A stretch of DNA of 64,000 nucleotides from Thalia democratica (taxonomy: Eukaryota), in contig OZ241826.1 of the NCBI GenBank assembly GCA_965202585.1, positions 28,520,001 through 28,584,000 on the forward strand, written 5' to 3'. This document shows, piece by piece, positions 49,840 through 62,776 of the stretch. The first letter of the stretch is position 1. The number at the start of each line of letters is the position of its first letter. The position numbers were made by a program, and so were the translations under genes. The notes under the pieces are model-generated. The model was not told the DNA's origin. It saw only the letters and a list, made by a program, of their open reading frames with translations, and did not search any database.

Positions 49840-50900
49840 ACAGTAGGGAAGCTGTAAGGTACGCACCCGTGTAAGACATATGTTAGTCTCAGATTGAATG
49901 GGATCAAGTTTGTGTTAATCAATATGTTTATTTGATATCTCATAATGAAATAGACACACGATCTTATATTGCATCACAAAAGATCAAATATAACACTTTT
50001 ATTTTCAGAAAATCTACTAAGTCTATTTAGATTGGATTTTTATTAAAATAAAGTAGATGAAAACTTTCTTTAGTAGTAAAATTGGTCTCATTAGTCTCCT
50101 AACTGATTTACATATTACTTAAGGCTCACAATTTTTTCCTTGGTTTGAGGTGTGTTATTAATGTTCATACTGTTAAGAAATACATTAAAGTATGCTTAAC
50201 ATGAAATTATTTTCTACACATGGATCAGAATTTTCAACTTAGATAATTTGCATAGTGATATTTGAAGTAAAATTGCAGTTTCAAGCTCAAGAACACTTCA
50301 TGATAATAATTTATCAAGCCACAATTTTAAATTACTTCTCATAACTTTTCTTAAAAGCATACCATATAAATGAAGTTCTATCAAACTTGTCTGTTTGAAA
50401 ACTTATTATATTTTGACGTTAATTCGTGAAAACAAAACGTGGGGCAGTTTAAGTTTAAATCACTATTTAAAACCGCTAGATTTTAGGAATTCTGGCAATC
50501 TTGCTTCAACATTTAAACTGATATTAATAGCTTCTAATATTTTCATGTTGTAAGCAACATAAATTATCAATTAAAGTTTCTTAAAAAACACAAGTAAAAA
50601 TATTAAAATTTGTGAATTTTTTGATCCTAAATGTTTTAGTCAATTATCAGAAATTTATTTACTTTAAAGATAGCACAGTATATAGGAAGCCAATCTTAAC
50701 TAAAACTAAAGTCTTGCAGAAAAAAACTACTTTTTAAAACGAAAGGTTAAGTTTGATTACTTTTGGCAATAAAAAAAAATCCCTAAAAACTGTAGAAACC
50801 ACCAGATAAAAACAATTATTTACAGCCTTACTTTTTTATTACATAAAATACAGTGACTTGTGTTTTTTTGGAAAAAAAATATCAAAATAACATAAAATGT
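49840..50900 (-). pseudogene. Third copy of part of the 4-kb duplication; decayed frame with LRR-like wording
   Basis: Aligns to ~37760-38900 and ~59920-61090. Minus frame MKILEAINISL..RLPEF..LKLPH..TSLIELHL versus MKTLKIISIIL..KLPEF..IKLPR..TGLKELHL. Confidence 0.4.
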
Positions 50901-53414
50901 AGAACCATGAAAAACTATTAGGTTTAGCGCCCAAATAGTTTGGTCTAAGGACCTGGTGTACTAAAAAACTTTTCGGTTACCGAGTTGTACATCCTTTTAC
51001 ATTTTAATTTAAATATTCAAGTCTTTAGCAAAAAAACGATTAACTAAACGAAATAAAAGAAAGGAAAAATAAACAAGATATATATGAATTTTGTGTTTAA
51101 AAATGTACGTCAAAACTTGTTTAATAACATAAAAGCTAAAAAAATATCTTTACACATAACTTTAAATTGTCCTATAAAAATAGATAAAAAAATAGTAAAC
51201 ATGTAAATAGTTGAATAGTAGGTTACAACTTCGTTTAAGAAGGTAAAAATGTGGTACGCTAAAATGTTTTCACTTAAGTTTTATCAGTATTTTGTGCTAA
51301 AAGTGTAACTTTTCTTGTTATTTAACAATGTTACTTGAACAGTAAAATAATTTTACATATGAATAGATACAAAAAAACTATTGTAATAATTTTTTGATAG
51401 TTTTAAAGAAGTGAATTCTACCATAACTGAACTTAACTTTTATAAATGATAATAAAAAGATATCTACTGTAATATTTATTCAATTAATGAAATAAAAACA
51501 ATAATAATGAATGATAACAAATCAACAACAAATTTCTTTTTATTTAAAAATATACTTTTTTATACTTGGAACACTTGTCTAAGTCTATAACTGTAACAAT
51601 AAAAAGGAAACAGTATTTTTTTTCTTTACAAAAAGTTTTGAAACCTAAGTTTGCTTAAAATAGTTATCTTAGCTTACTACTTAAATACTTTATTTCCTCA
51701 TGCATCTATAACCACTTTTTTTTACATTACCATGCTATAAAAACATAAAAGAAAAAGTTTGTAAGTATTCTTAACTAAGTTTGAAAATATTAATCTGAAG
51801 TTAAAATAATAGCAAACATTTTTGTGTCATCTTGTTGAACAAAAGTATCTCTATGAATTTTTTTCCAGCTCTTTACTTTTAATGTTTAATTAAACAAATT
51901 TACCGATTAGTTACTTACTTGCGAGCTAGTTCAATTATTATTAGTATTGTAAGTTTATTGTCTGTATGATATGAATTAAAACCTAGGCCACTTAAACAGG
52001 AAGACACATAACGAAATAAATAAAAAATAATAGATAATAAAAATAACGCAGAAAATTAATTTTATTTAAAACAATGACAGAAATAATATTAAACATAATT
52101 TTTGTAAATAAAATATTCTCTTTTTGAACCACCTTCTTAAGTAAATGTATACTTTTTCGATTAAAAATCAGATGCTTAAGTTTAATTGTTTTTATATTAA
52201 ATTAAAATTATATAATAAATTATATACTTTTTTACCAATGGTAATTTTTATAGACTTTCAATAAATATATTTAAGATGTTTACTTAGTTATAACTCGGAT
52301 TAAAAATATTAACATAAACTTGTTTTTTAACTAACTATATCAGAACATATATGAAATTGATTAAAACAAATGAAACAAACCTGTTAATTTATTTTAAAAA
52401 ATGAATATTTACAATTTATTTTGTTTTAATTTTTTAAAAGAGTTTTACTTTAACTTCTATAAAATAAAAATTAGTTTAAGTAGAAAGTTAGTAGCTGTTA
52501 ATTTATAAAAAGTATCAATTAGTTATTCAATAATGTAATCAAAAGTGTCTTGTATTTAGTTTTTTTTAAGAACTTTGTCAACACAGCTTTTATTCTGTTA
52601 TTCTTAAAAAGTGTTTGGTACTTTGTAATTAGTACTTTTATACATTTTAAGTGTCTGTATAATTAAATTAGCAATATGGTATAAATGCAATTAAAAATTA
52701 AACAAAAATAATGACCACAAAAAAAAGCAAAATTAATTTTGATAATATTTATCAAAATTCGCTTACTAATCATAAATTTTTATAAAAGTTTAAAGAACAT
52801 CATTTTCTTAAATAAATTATAATTTTTTTTTTACAAAATAAGCTCTTTTAAACATCTTATAAATTACCAACGAAACCTACGCAAGCTTAAGGTTTTTCCA
52901 TTTACTTTTTAACAATACGTTTTACACTTTATTTAGTAAGAAATTAGTTTTTTATCTAATAATTTTACGGCTTATTTAAAGTTTATTTATTGTAGTACAA
53001 TAGTAAGTTTATTCATTACCTTAATAAAAAAATCATAAAGTAAATTTATACAAAAACACAGTAGTTGATATTGAGAGCGTGACACTTTATTATACACCAC
53101 ATGAGCATGCCTAACATGATTGAAAAACTTGGTACGATAAAAAATGTATCTATGATAAAGATAGAACGTTGTTTTTAAGTATGAATCTCGATTACCGAAA
53201 GGTCTTTTTATGTACCCAAGTCCTTTGTGTAAAATATTTTTGTACAAATTTTAGTTTTTGTTCAATAAACTATAGTACAATTTTACAGAAGTTGCTAAAT
53301 TAACAGCTCCTTTTAATATACTTCAATCTCGATAAAAAAGGTTTGTTTACCTGTACTGCATACTGCTTCAGAGCTTGAAATTATTAAAGCAGCCAATAAT
53401 TTGATGAGCTATAT

Positions 53415-56400
53415 AGTTAATGATGAAAATGTGTTTGCAAAAAGCCTCTTGTTAGCAGTGCGACTTCATGTATCGTCAAAATCTACATTAAACAACCGAT
53501 AGATAAAACATTGTTTTTAGTAAATAAATAAGTTTAAAAAAAAAAACAATTATTAGTAAACAATAAAGCTAATACGTTTTCCACAAAATTAAAAAATTGT
53601 TGTAAAATCAGATATTGCAAACAATATTTGTTTAATATTCAGATTTGTGCTGTCAAAGCCATAACATTGTTTTACTGTTTCAATATGGATGATTATAAAC
53701 AATTTTAATGGTTACAAAAATGTGATGCAGCTAGGATAAAATAAAATATTTTCATGCAGTTTGATTAAAATGAAAACTTTATTTTTCTAAATAACAAAAA
53801 CTAACTTCGATAAGTCTAAAGAAATCAAAGTTCAAAAATTTTTCTAAAGTTTAACTTAATACGTAAAATTCAGTCATCTCAATGGTTTTTTTCGCTCTTT
53901 TTCACGATGATGATCTTTTAAATGTGAAACAAACAGCCGGGACTAGAGAGGTGTCATTTTTAAATTTTTCTTAAAAATCAGAATAGTGACTTCTGTTTAA
54001 GTAAAACTTTAAAATGGCCATTGAAGGCGTTATTGTCACGTAACGAAGTAGAAGGGTTGATTGTTGGCAAAACAAGTTGATGTTCATTGGTGAAGCTGGA
54101 GCAATTGGCTGCACACGTGTTAATATCATAATGTTTACAAAATTTTGAACGCTAATTCTGATTAAATAACAACTTTTATAGAGAAAAAAAAAATAAGAAG
54201 CTGTTTTTAATGGGTAACATTCTAAAAAATTATTACTAAATAGGATAAACAGTTCCATGAACTAGTGTTTGATTGTTTATTACGAAGCAATGACAAAAGC
54301 TCTCAGAAAATAGTATTTTTCTTTTTAAACAAAAGTTAACGAAAGTCTCACTAGTACTAGTTGAAAAATTGCACTAATTTTGTATAAAAAGTTTTTAGTA
54401 ACGTAATATTATATTTTATCTTTTTTGTTCATTATTCAAACTATAGGTTGTATTTATTTTGAACTGTTTATATGAGGGAAGGGGTATCTTATAACATATG
54501 TTTAGTTTTAACAGTTTTATAAACATAAGTATATAGTTACACAGAATCATATACTTTATATCAAGACTACTTTTGTTTCCTTTTATTGTATTAAAAATTT
54601 TGTTTAACAGCACCATTAGTATAAAATAAAAAAACTTTTAATTAAAAAATTGAATCTAACTCAGTTTTAAATATTAGCGAAAACTGTAAAAAACCAAAGC
54701 GGCAATCATTTTGAGGTGATAGCTTAATTTTAAAAATGTTGTTAAACAGAAGCACATGGTTAGTTTACGTAACTTTAAAGTATATAAAAGTATTGACTCT
54801 GTATTTTTTGATGTTTAATTTAGTTTCAAAGTAGTTTTCTAAACTATTAAAATATTCTTATTCTAGTAAACTTAACATAGGCTATACTTTAGACCATCTT
54901 TGCATTTGACACTTTATGACATAAATACTTTTTGTAACTTTTTCACTATACTAAACAAATACAAACATACAAAGTAAAGTATTTTCAATGAACATAATAA
55001 TTAAATTACACTATATGCTCCAAAACAGATTTAGTTAAAGAAATAAATACTTCACAGTTATGTAGTGTTTCGAGGTTATAAATGGTTCAAGTTGTTATTA
55101 GCTATAGTTTTTTTTTGGTTTTTGTTGAGTTGTTACAACAATTGAGCTAAATACAAATGGTTTAATTTGCAGTATTCTGTAACAAATTAGCTAAATTGTT
55201 TTATGTGTAAATGGAAATTCGGAAACTCAAATTATTTAAATTTTTGTTTGTTTTTTCAACTTAGTAAAAACGACTTTTAAATTGAAATCAGGATTTGTCC
55301 TAAGATATATCAAGGGGCTTTTTATGTCTTCAAAAATAATTATTTAAGTCTGTAGTCAGCAAACTGTTTTCTTTTATCATACAATAATCAACTTTTAATT
55401 TAAAAAATAGTTAACTACATTGTTTTTTAAGCATTTAATAACAAAAAATCAAGAATTAAAAAAAAACATTAATTCTAATTTTAAGTAAAATGGTCACTGT
55501 AAGGTAACAAAACTGATTTTAAGCAGAGTTTTTCTTATTACAAACAGTAACAGCTCAGTAAACAGCAAATTGCATACTTTGATAATTAAACATAGTTACC
55601 GCTTATACTCGCGGTTTCAAATAATATTGAATATTAAAATGAAACTGTAGTTAAATATTTCATGCTCTTATATTTTATAACATTTGTGAAGCTACATTTT
55701 GCTTTGTGACGTCAGCATAAAAGAGATGACTAAAACAAGTGATTTGGTTGAATGCTTTCGAAGAAAGCTAAATAATACTTTAAAATACTTATTAAGTTAT
55801 ACACATATTAAAAAAGGTTTGCTTGGCAATAAAAAAAAAAGAAAAGTATAGGTAAACAATTAATTTAAAAAACCAGAAAAATTTATATAAGTTTTTTTTA
55901 TTTATCATCAGTTAGGGGCTGGTAAAAATATACCTTAGTATAATGAAAAGTTTTTAAAAATATTTATGGTATAAAATGTAGAATGCAAAAACAGTCTAAT
56001 AAAATTCTGTGTTAAGTTTAAGTTAGAATAGAAACACTTCAAGATTATGAAAAATTACTTTGATGTTAGATTATACAGTAAAAAAAACTACATTGTCCAT
56101 ATTTTTAAATACTTTTAAATTCTACTACTAACCATATACTTCTGTTTACAATGTATTTAAAATTAGACTAATATCTCAAAAAGCTTGCCGCTTTGGTTTT
56201 TACAATTTTTGCTAATATTTCGAATTGGCTTATTTTCGATGATTTTATTAATAGTTGTGTTATTCCGTACTAAAGGTATTATGAAAGAAACTTTATATGT
56301 AACAAGATGAAGCAGTACAGTCTTTTTATAATATATGTAACTTTGTATATTCTAATACTTATGTATATCAAAACATTTTAAACTAAATGCTATTTGCTAG

Positions 56401-56800
56401 TGTTATCAAAATTAGTTTTGATTTTGTAAACATATAAAGTTTTCTTTTTAAACAAACTGAACCAAAAAACTTTTCTCTTATTCTAATTGCATCATATTTA
56501 TGTACTCCCCAAAAGACTTTACAATCATCCTGCCATACATATTTGAAACAGTGAAAAAATCTTATGGCTTTGACGGCAGAAAACAGCATATTTAACAAAA
56601 TTAGTTTGCAATATCTGATTTATTACTAGTTTTTAACTTTGTGAAAAAGGTGTTAGCTTTATTTTGTACTATTTATTCTATTTTTCTCGTATTTTATTGT
56701 TTTTGGATAAAACTTAAGGTTTTAAAATAGGTTGTTTATTGTAACTTTTGACAATAAAGGATGCCGTATGCTAAAAAGAGGCTTTTTGCAAACATACTTC
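53415..56800. repeat. Inverted duplication (arms ~53415-54720 and ~56160-56800)
   Basis: TGTTTGCAAAAAGCCTCTT, AAAATCAGATATTGCAAAC, GTCAAAGCCATAA and AAAAACCAAAGCGGCAA each match a reverse-complement site in the right arm. Confidence 0.8.
55595..55760 (-). promoter_or_regulatory. Conserved CpG-retaining non-coding element with a CRE palindrome (copy 2)
   Basis: TGACGTCA at 55707-55714 and ACCGC-N8-GCGGT at 55598-55615. Confidence 0.45.
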
Positions 56801-56854
56801 TTTCTTTTATTTCATATTAAACAATAAACTTTACCGAACGACCAACAACAACAG

Positions 56855-56905
56855 AATCCGAAACAAACTACTCGTCCTTATTAGGACTCATCAGCCTGGC
56901 TGTTT
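56855..56905 (-). ncRNA. Degenerate hammerhead-ribozyme-like motif
   Basis: Minus strand reads CUGAUGA followed by the perfect stem II GUCCU-AAUA-AGGAC, then GAGU instead of GAAA. Probably inactive. Confidence 0.4.
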
Positions 56906-57109
56906 AAAAAGAAAACTTTATTTTTTTACGAAACAAAAACTAACTTCCATAAGACTAACAAATAGAATTTAGTTTAAAATGTTTTTTAAAAACAAAATTA
57001 TATGAACATACAGAACTGCATATTTTGTATAAAGACCGTTTTTGCTTCTTTTATTGTCTATAAATTTCTTTCATAATACAGTTCGTATAAAACAACACAA
57101 CTTTTAACA

Positions 57110-57450
57110 AATAGAAGGATATTTTCAATATTTATTACAAATATTCATAACAGTTGTGACTAACATCTTTGAAATAAATGCTAAACTGACAAATATCTCA
57201 CCCGACTACAGAAAAAAGGAAAAAAAAATCTACTTCTTACTTTTTGTCTCTACCGCTTAACTTTTATTTAGTCTTACATCACCGAATTTTCTCTCATTTT
57301 CCAACTAATAAATGCTCATTACTTAGTAAAAGCAATGTAGATTTATACTTTCAAAAATTAATTTAAATATATATTTTATTTACGTATTTGAAATAAAATG
57401 ATAAAAAAAACTTATTTCTTTTTTAAATTTGACAATAACAATAATATCCT
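57110..57450 (-). pseudogene. Internally deleted paralogue of the 5' region of the homeobox gene
   Basis: Matches ~30140-30450 (GTGAGA.ATTTGTCAGTT.AGCATTT) joined directly to the end of exon 2 and its donor region (CAAAGATGTTAGTCACAACTGTTATGA versus GAAAGATGTAAGTTACAACTGTTATGA). Confidence 0.55.
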
Positions 57451-57840
57451 GTAGTTTATACTTTCCTCTATTATTAGAATAAGATGTTTAAACTCTTTAA
57501 CTATATAATTATTAGTTTAATTGATTGTTTATTTTATTGATATCAGCTTCATTCGTATTAGTTTATAAACTAAAGCTCTTTGTAATTAATTGTTAAGCTT
57601 ATATAAAAAAATACAAGCTCAAAAGTTAAACAAGTATAGAAATGGTGCTTACTCTTGTTGATAAAATAAAATTATTAATATTTGAAAAGTAAAAAAGAAC
57701 AAACAAGTTTATTTGATATTTTATAACGATTTTTAAACATTTTATATAAGCTACACTAACCACTGTTAAAGAACAACTTTAAATGAATGTGAGTTAAGTC
57801 ACAACCTTGTGTGATTAATATATTTTTTATATTTGTTGTA

Positions 57841-58670
57841 CAGTACACTACCGCTTAAGTACGCAAATTGAACCCGACCAAAAAGTGCGTACTTAGCACG
57901 GGTAGTGCGTACTTTTTGACGATATAGTATAATATGAAATTTAGTTGTTTGTTTTCTTTCTTACAACTAGCCACCAAATAATTAAGCCAAATAAACAAGT
58001 CATTTATTTTAAATAACATATAAAACATAATTCTAATTTGCAAATTTTTTTAATATATTTTAAAATGATTTATTTTTTCTATCAAAAGCTTCTACATAAT
58101 TAATACATACATTTAATATAGAAAGTCAATGTCAGTCAATGATTTAAAAAAAATATTAAGCTACATTTTGTTTTGTTAGAGGGAAAGTACCAAACTACTT
58201 TGTGTTTACCAAATATTTTCAAAACATCAATGTATGTACATTTAAATTAAATTATGACTTAACTATTTTGTATATGTATTTTTTTTTAACTTTGTCATCT
58301 AGATTTATTTATTTTATAGCATTACAGCTCAAATATCATTATTCTTTTTACTTTTCTGCAACCACTACATAAGTATTTAGTTTGTTAACATTTAATAACA
58401 GGACTGTCTCAATCTCAGGCCACTTGGCCTACTCAGGATTACTCACCCTAGTTTAAAAGTTGTGAAAGTATCAGGCTAACTCAGCAGGTTGGCCATTCTA
58501 CCTGGAAACATAAAATAATCTGGAAAAACTTGATGATTGAAAATTTAGGCAAAAAACTGGAATTTCTTGAAGTTCTAGTATAACATCCTTTACTTTGTCT
58601 ATCTGGATAAGTGCGTACTTAAGGCGTGATGCGTACCAAAAAAAGTGCGTACTTAAGCGGTAGTATACTG
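57841..58670. mobile_element. Tc1/mariner-type MITE (830 bp)
   Basis: TIR CAGTACACTACCGCTTAAGTACGCA versus CAGTATACTACCGCTTAAGTACGCA, with TA on both sides. The paralogous site near 36380 is empty. A fragment of a CAGG-type MITE is nested at ~58390-58570. Confidence 0.85.
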
Positions 58671-61200
58671 TAGTTATATTTATTTCATTGAAAAAGCGAT
58701 TTGAAGTCTAAGAAGTCATAACTGATTTGTCTAGCCAAAAGTTTAGGTTATAGTATATGAAAATCTTGAACATAATCTAAATTATTATCATTATTTTCTT
58801 AAAAGGTGGTTATTGGAAGTGTTAAAATAAACCGTAATTATCAAATTGTTCAATTAACTAGTTTCCTAAGTATGTATATTCGTATAAATGCAAATTTGCA
58901 GAATATTTTTCTTTACCATAAATTTGTATAATATTTTTTAAAAATACGTTAAAAAAAAACTTAAGGCTATATTGATGATCAAGTATCAATAACAAAACCT
59001 TAAATTGTTCATATACATAATTTTTCGGGCTTACTTTCAATACTAAAAACTTTAAAACATCCATTGTAAAGTTTTCTAAATCAAATTAAAAAAAACCAAA
59101 CCAGCAGTTCTTATAAAACACTGCGTGTTAATTTAACATTAAATACTGATAAAAAGATAAATTTTGGCAAAAATGCAAACAAAATTGATAAACAGAATAA
59201 AAATAAAAAACTTTTTGAAGTTGACAAATCTAAACTTTAAAAAATTCTAACTACATCCTGCAGCAGGGGCAGCTCAAGCTTTTCAAGTGGACTAGCACTT
59301 ATCCTACTTCTTAATTATAGAGCATTTTTAATGGAAGTATTTAATAAAATACTTAATAAAATGAAGTGTCTACTTCTGTGTTATAGAATTTGTTTATTAT
59401 AGTGTAAATAAAGTAAATTATCAATAAGCATTTAAGTTGTTTTAAATGTATATTATTTCTTCAGAAGGAATAAAACTTTTAATGAATAACATACTTAAAC
59501 AACTAAGCCTTTGAATTAAGAAACAATAATCAAACCTTTAGTTAACGTTTATAAATTAAATGGTAGCTATAAAAAATTTATAGATATTTTATGAAATCCC
59601 TTTTTATTCCTCTTTAAAATTATAATTTTGTTTTTCCTTACACTCAGACATATTTAGTCGATAAAATAATTTAGTTACATGTTTTAATTAAATTAAAGCG
59701 TTAACATGTCACTTAAGAAAAATGGAATTAATTTAGCGTAAAAGTTTAGTAGCAAAACATTTAAAAATAGTAAATAAATTTTCACTTATCACCAATTCAA
59801 AACGTTATGACATATCTAATTAGTGAACTTTTAGAGCAAAAGTTTAAAAACTAAGAAAAAAAAAACCAAAGCATCATTAAAAAATACATACAGGCATCAG
59901 CTATATTATAATCTGTTTTAATTTACTATCTGTGTAAGATATGCACTCAGTCAATTAAATTTGATCATTATTTTTTATTTTAAATTGGAAATCGAAATTA
60001 ATGAAATTTGAAAATGAAATCAATACACAATCTTATAATGACTAATCTAAATACAGCACAGTTAAACTTCAAAAAAATCACAAAAATTCTATTTAGATAG
60101 GATCTTTATTAAAATAAAGAAGATAATAGTTATTTTTAGTTCTAAAAATAATATTTATGGTCTCCTAACTGATTTGCATGTTACCTAAGGGAATAATTTT
60201 TTCCTCAGTTTAAAATGCGTACTTTAATGATTTTCCCATTATTTAGAAAAACATAAAATATGCTTCACATAAGATTATGTTCTTCTAGCTATTCGTTGTT
60301 TTCAGTTTAGATAGTTAGCATCAAATTTTTTGAGGTAAAATCATAGTTTCTTATTCAAGTTTAGCGATGATTATCATTTACATATTTATAGCAGCATTTT
60401 GATAAAACAATTAATACAACTTAGTTTAGGGTCTCTATATAGGTTCTGATCTAATTAGTTATAAATTTTGAGGCATCACACAAAATTGTTACAATTACTT
60501 GCAAGGTGCATCCAACTCATAGCATGAATTTCATTCTCTGAACTTTTTTTCAAAGCATACAGTTACAAATGAAGTTCTTTTAAACCTGTATGTTTATTAA
60601 ATTCTAATATTTTGACGTTAGTTCGTGATTAAAAGGCGCGGGGCAGTTTAATTTCAAATACTTTTTAATACCTCCAGATTTATGGGATAATCGAACTCAG
60701 GCAACTTTTCCTTAAACACTAAAATGATACTTATAATTTTTAATGTTTTCATGCTGTAAAGAACTTTAAATTATTATTTAAAGTTTCATTAAGATGTACA
60801 AGTAAAGTTAGTAAAGCTTGTGAACTTTTGGTCTTAAATGTTTTAGTCAACTATCTAAACTTAGTTTTTCTAGGTATAGTACAGTTTCTAGGAAACCAGT
60901 CTAGATATTAACCAAATCTGAAATTTTACTGAAAAAAAAATAATAATAAAAAAAGGCGAAGTTTCATTAGTTTTGGGTATAAATGTTTATGAAAAACATC
61001 TTAAAGCTGTTAAAAAATCACCAGACAGAAACAATTAGTTACACGTTTACTTTTTATTTTTTTAATAAAATACAATGACTTAAATGTTTTAGAATAAGTT
61101 AATCTTAGTAACAGAACATGTTGAATCATGAAATATACTTAGATTTATTAGATTCAACCAATAGGATTTATAACATAATCTGTACCTTCATACACTACAT

Positions 61201-62776
61201 CAGTGGTTCCCAACCTTTTTGATGCCCCTTACCCCTAAGATTTCTTAATTTGATCTCCCACCCCTAGCACTATATGCTATAATTATTTTTTTATAATTTG
61301 ATTAAAAAGTCATTGACTTCATTAATTAATAATTTGTATTTTAATTTTTATGATAGTGTACTATATTAACAAAAAAAACTTGGAAGTTTAAAAATATAAC
61401 AAACTATATTCGAACAAGTTTTATATATTTTTTATAAGGTAGAAAACATCAGAACTCATTCTTTCTTCTGCTACGATAAACGTTTACTGAAGGTCAAGCA
61501 AGTGAGTTTGGAGCTAATAACTTGTAATTCTACCAGCTCATTTTAAAAATGACTAAAAAATTAACTACTTTTTAATTAATCAAAAAATAAAAAACAAATC
61601 TATCTTTATAAAAAACTATTTTTTTTCAATTAACCTTAACAAAAAACTAAACTAATCTTACATAATTAACTAAAATCCTGAATGAAACGTCATTATACTC
61701 ACAAGTTATTTAACAAATTATTAAAATTCCTTTAATGCAATATTATTTTGAAAAGATAAAGAACTTAATTTTAAATCTACTCTAAAGTTAATGGCTTTTT
61801 TGTTCCTGTTTATTGCACAAAACGTTCTGAAAACGTGGAATTTTGTTGCTGATGGGAGTCTGTCTGTGCATTCAAACGGTTTCTTGATTTAGTTTTATTG
61901 ACAAAAGAGTACTAAATCCAGACTCGCACTAGTAAGTATGTGATGTTTTATTTTCATAACTATTAGCAGCTAGGAGGTTTCGAAATAGTAAAGGTTTGAG
62001 TAAAAATTTTACAAAGTTAAAATATATTTAGTCTTAAGTTGTCAAAAGAAATTTATATACGCAAATACAAAAAAAGTTTGTATGCTTACAACACAAAAAT
62101 AAAAGTAGATTAAAAAAGGTAAACGGTTTAAGTTAAAAAAAGGAATGAATAGAAATAAAGTTAATGCATTGAATACTTTTTCTGATCTATAAAAATTGGT
62201 TTCATTAAAGCTAAAAACAAGTTTTCTTGAATGGTATAACATACAGCAATTGCTGTGAACTTTACAATTTACTGATGTTAAATCTTTAATTACCATTTTC
62301 TGCACAACTAAGCTTGATAAAAGATTAAATTATAAATGTAAAAGACTTAACAGAACCTCTTCTTAACAGCTAATAAAAAACCTGCTGAAGATACTAATTT
62401 TTATTTAAGTATTTCAATTAAAATAGATGCTAGCTCATAAACTGTTTTAAAAAATTAATTGTCAGTTAAGAAAATAAAATATTTAAAGAATGATGGTATG
62501 AAATTCACAGGTGTAAAACTCTAAGAAACGTTTACTGAAAAGTTAATTCTAAACTAACAGCTATTAAATAAAATTAGTACATAGAATTTACTTCTAGAAA
62601 AGCGCTCTTGCTCTATGATGTATTAATAAAATTATTTTGTTCAGAAAATTAGCGTCAACTTCTTTTTATAACAAAATGCACTTTTTAACTTTATAAACTT
62701 TATCAGAGAAAGAAAATCTCCTTATTTTTCAAACGAAAATGAAAAGCCATCTCGCACCCCTGGTTGGGAACCCCTG
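61201..62776 (-). mobile_element. Deletion-derivative hAT element (Buster/Charlie-like) with a transposase remnant
   Basis: TIR CAGTGGTTCCCAACC / GGTTGGGAACCCCTG (14/15). TSD CACTACAT / CACTACAG. Minus-strand CESGFSTLLSIK-KSRNRL (~61870-61930) is the hAT dimerisation-domain motif. Empty paralogous site near 39040. Confidence 0.9.
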
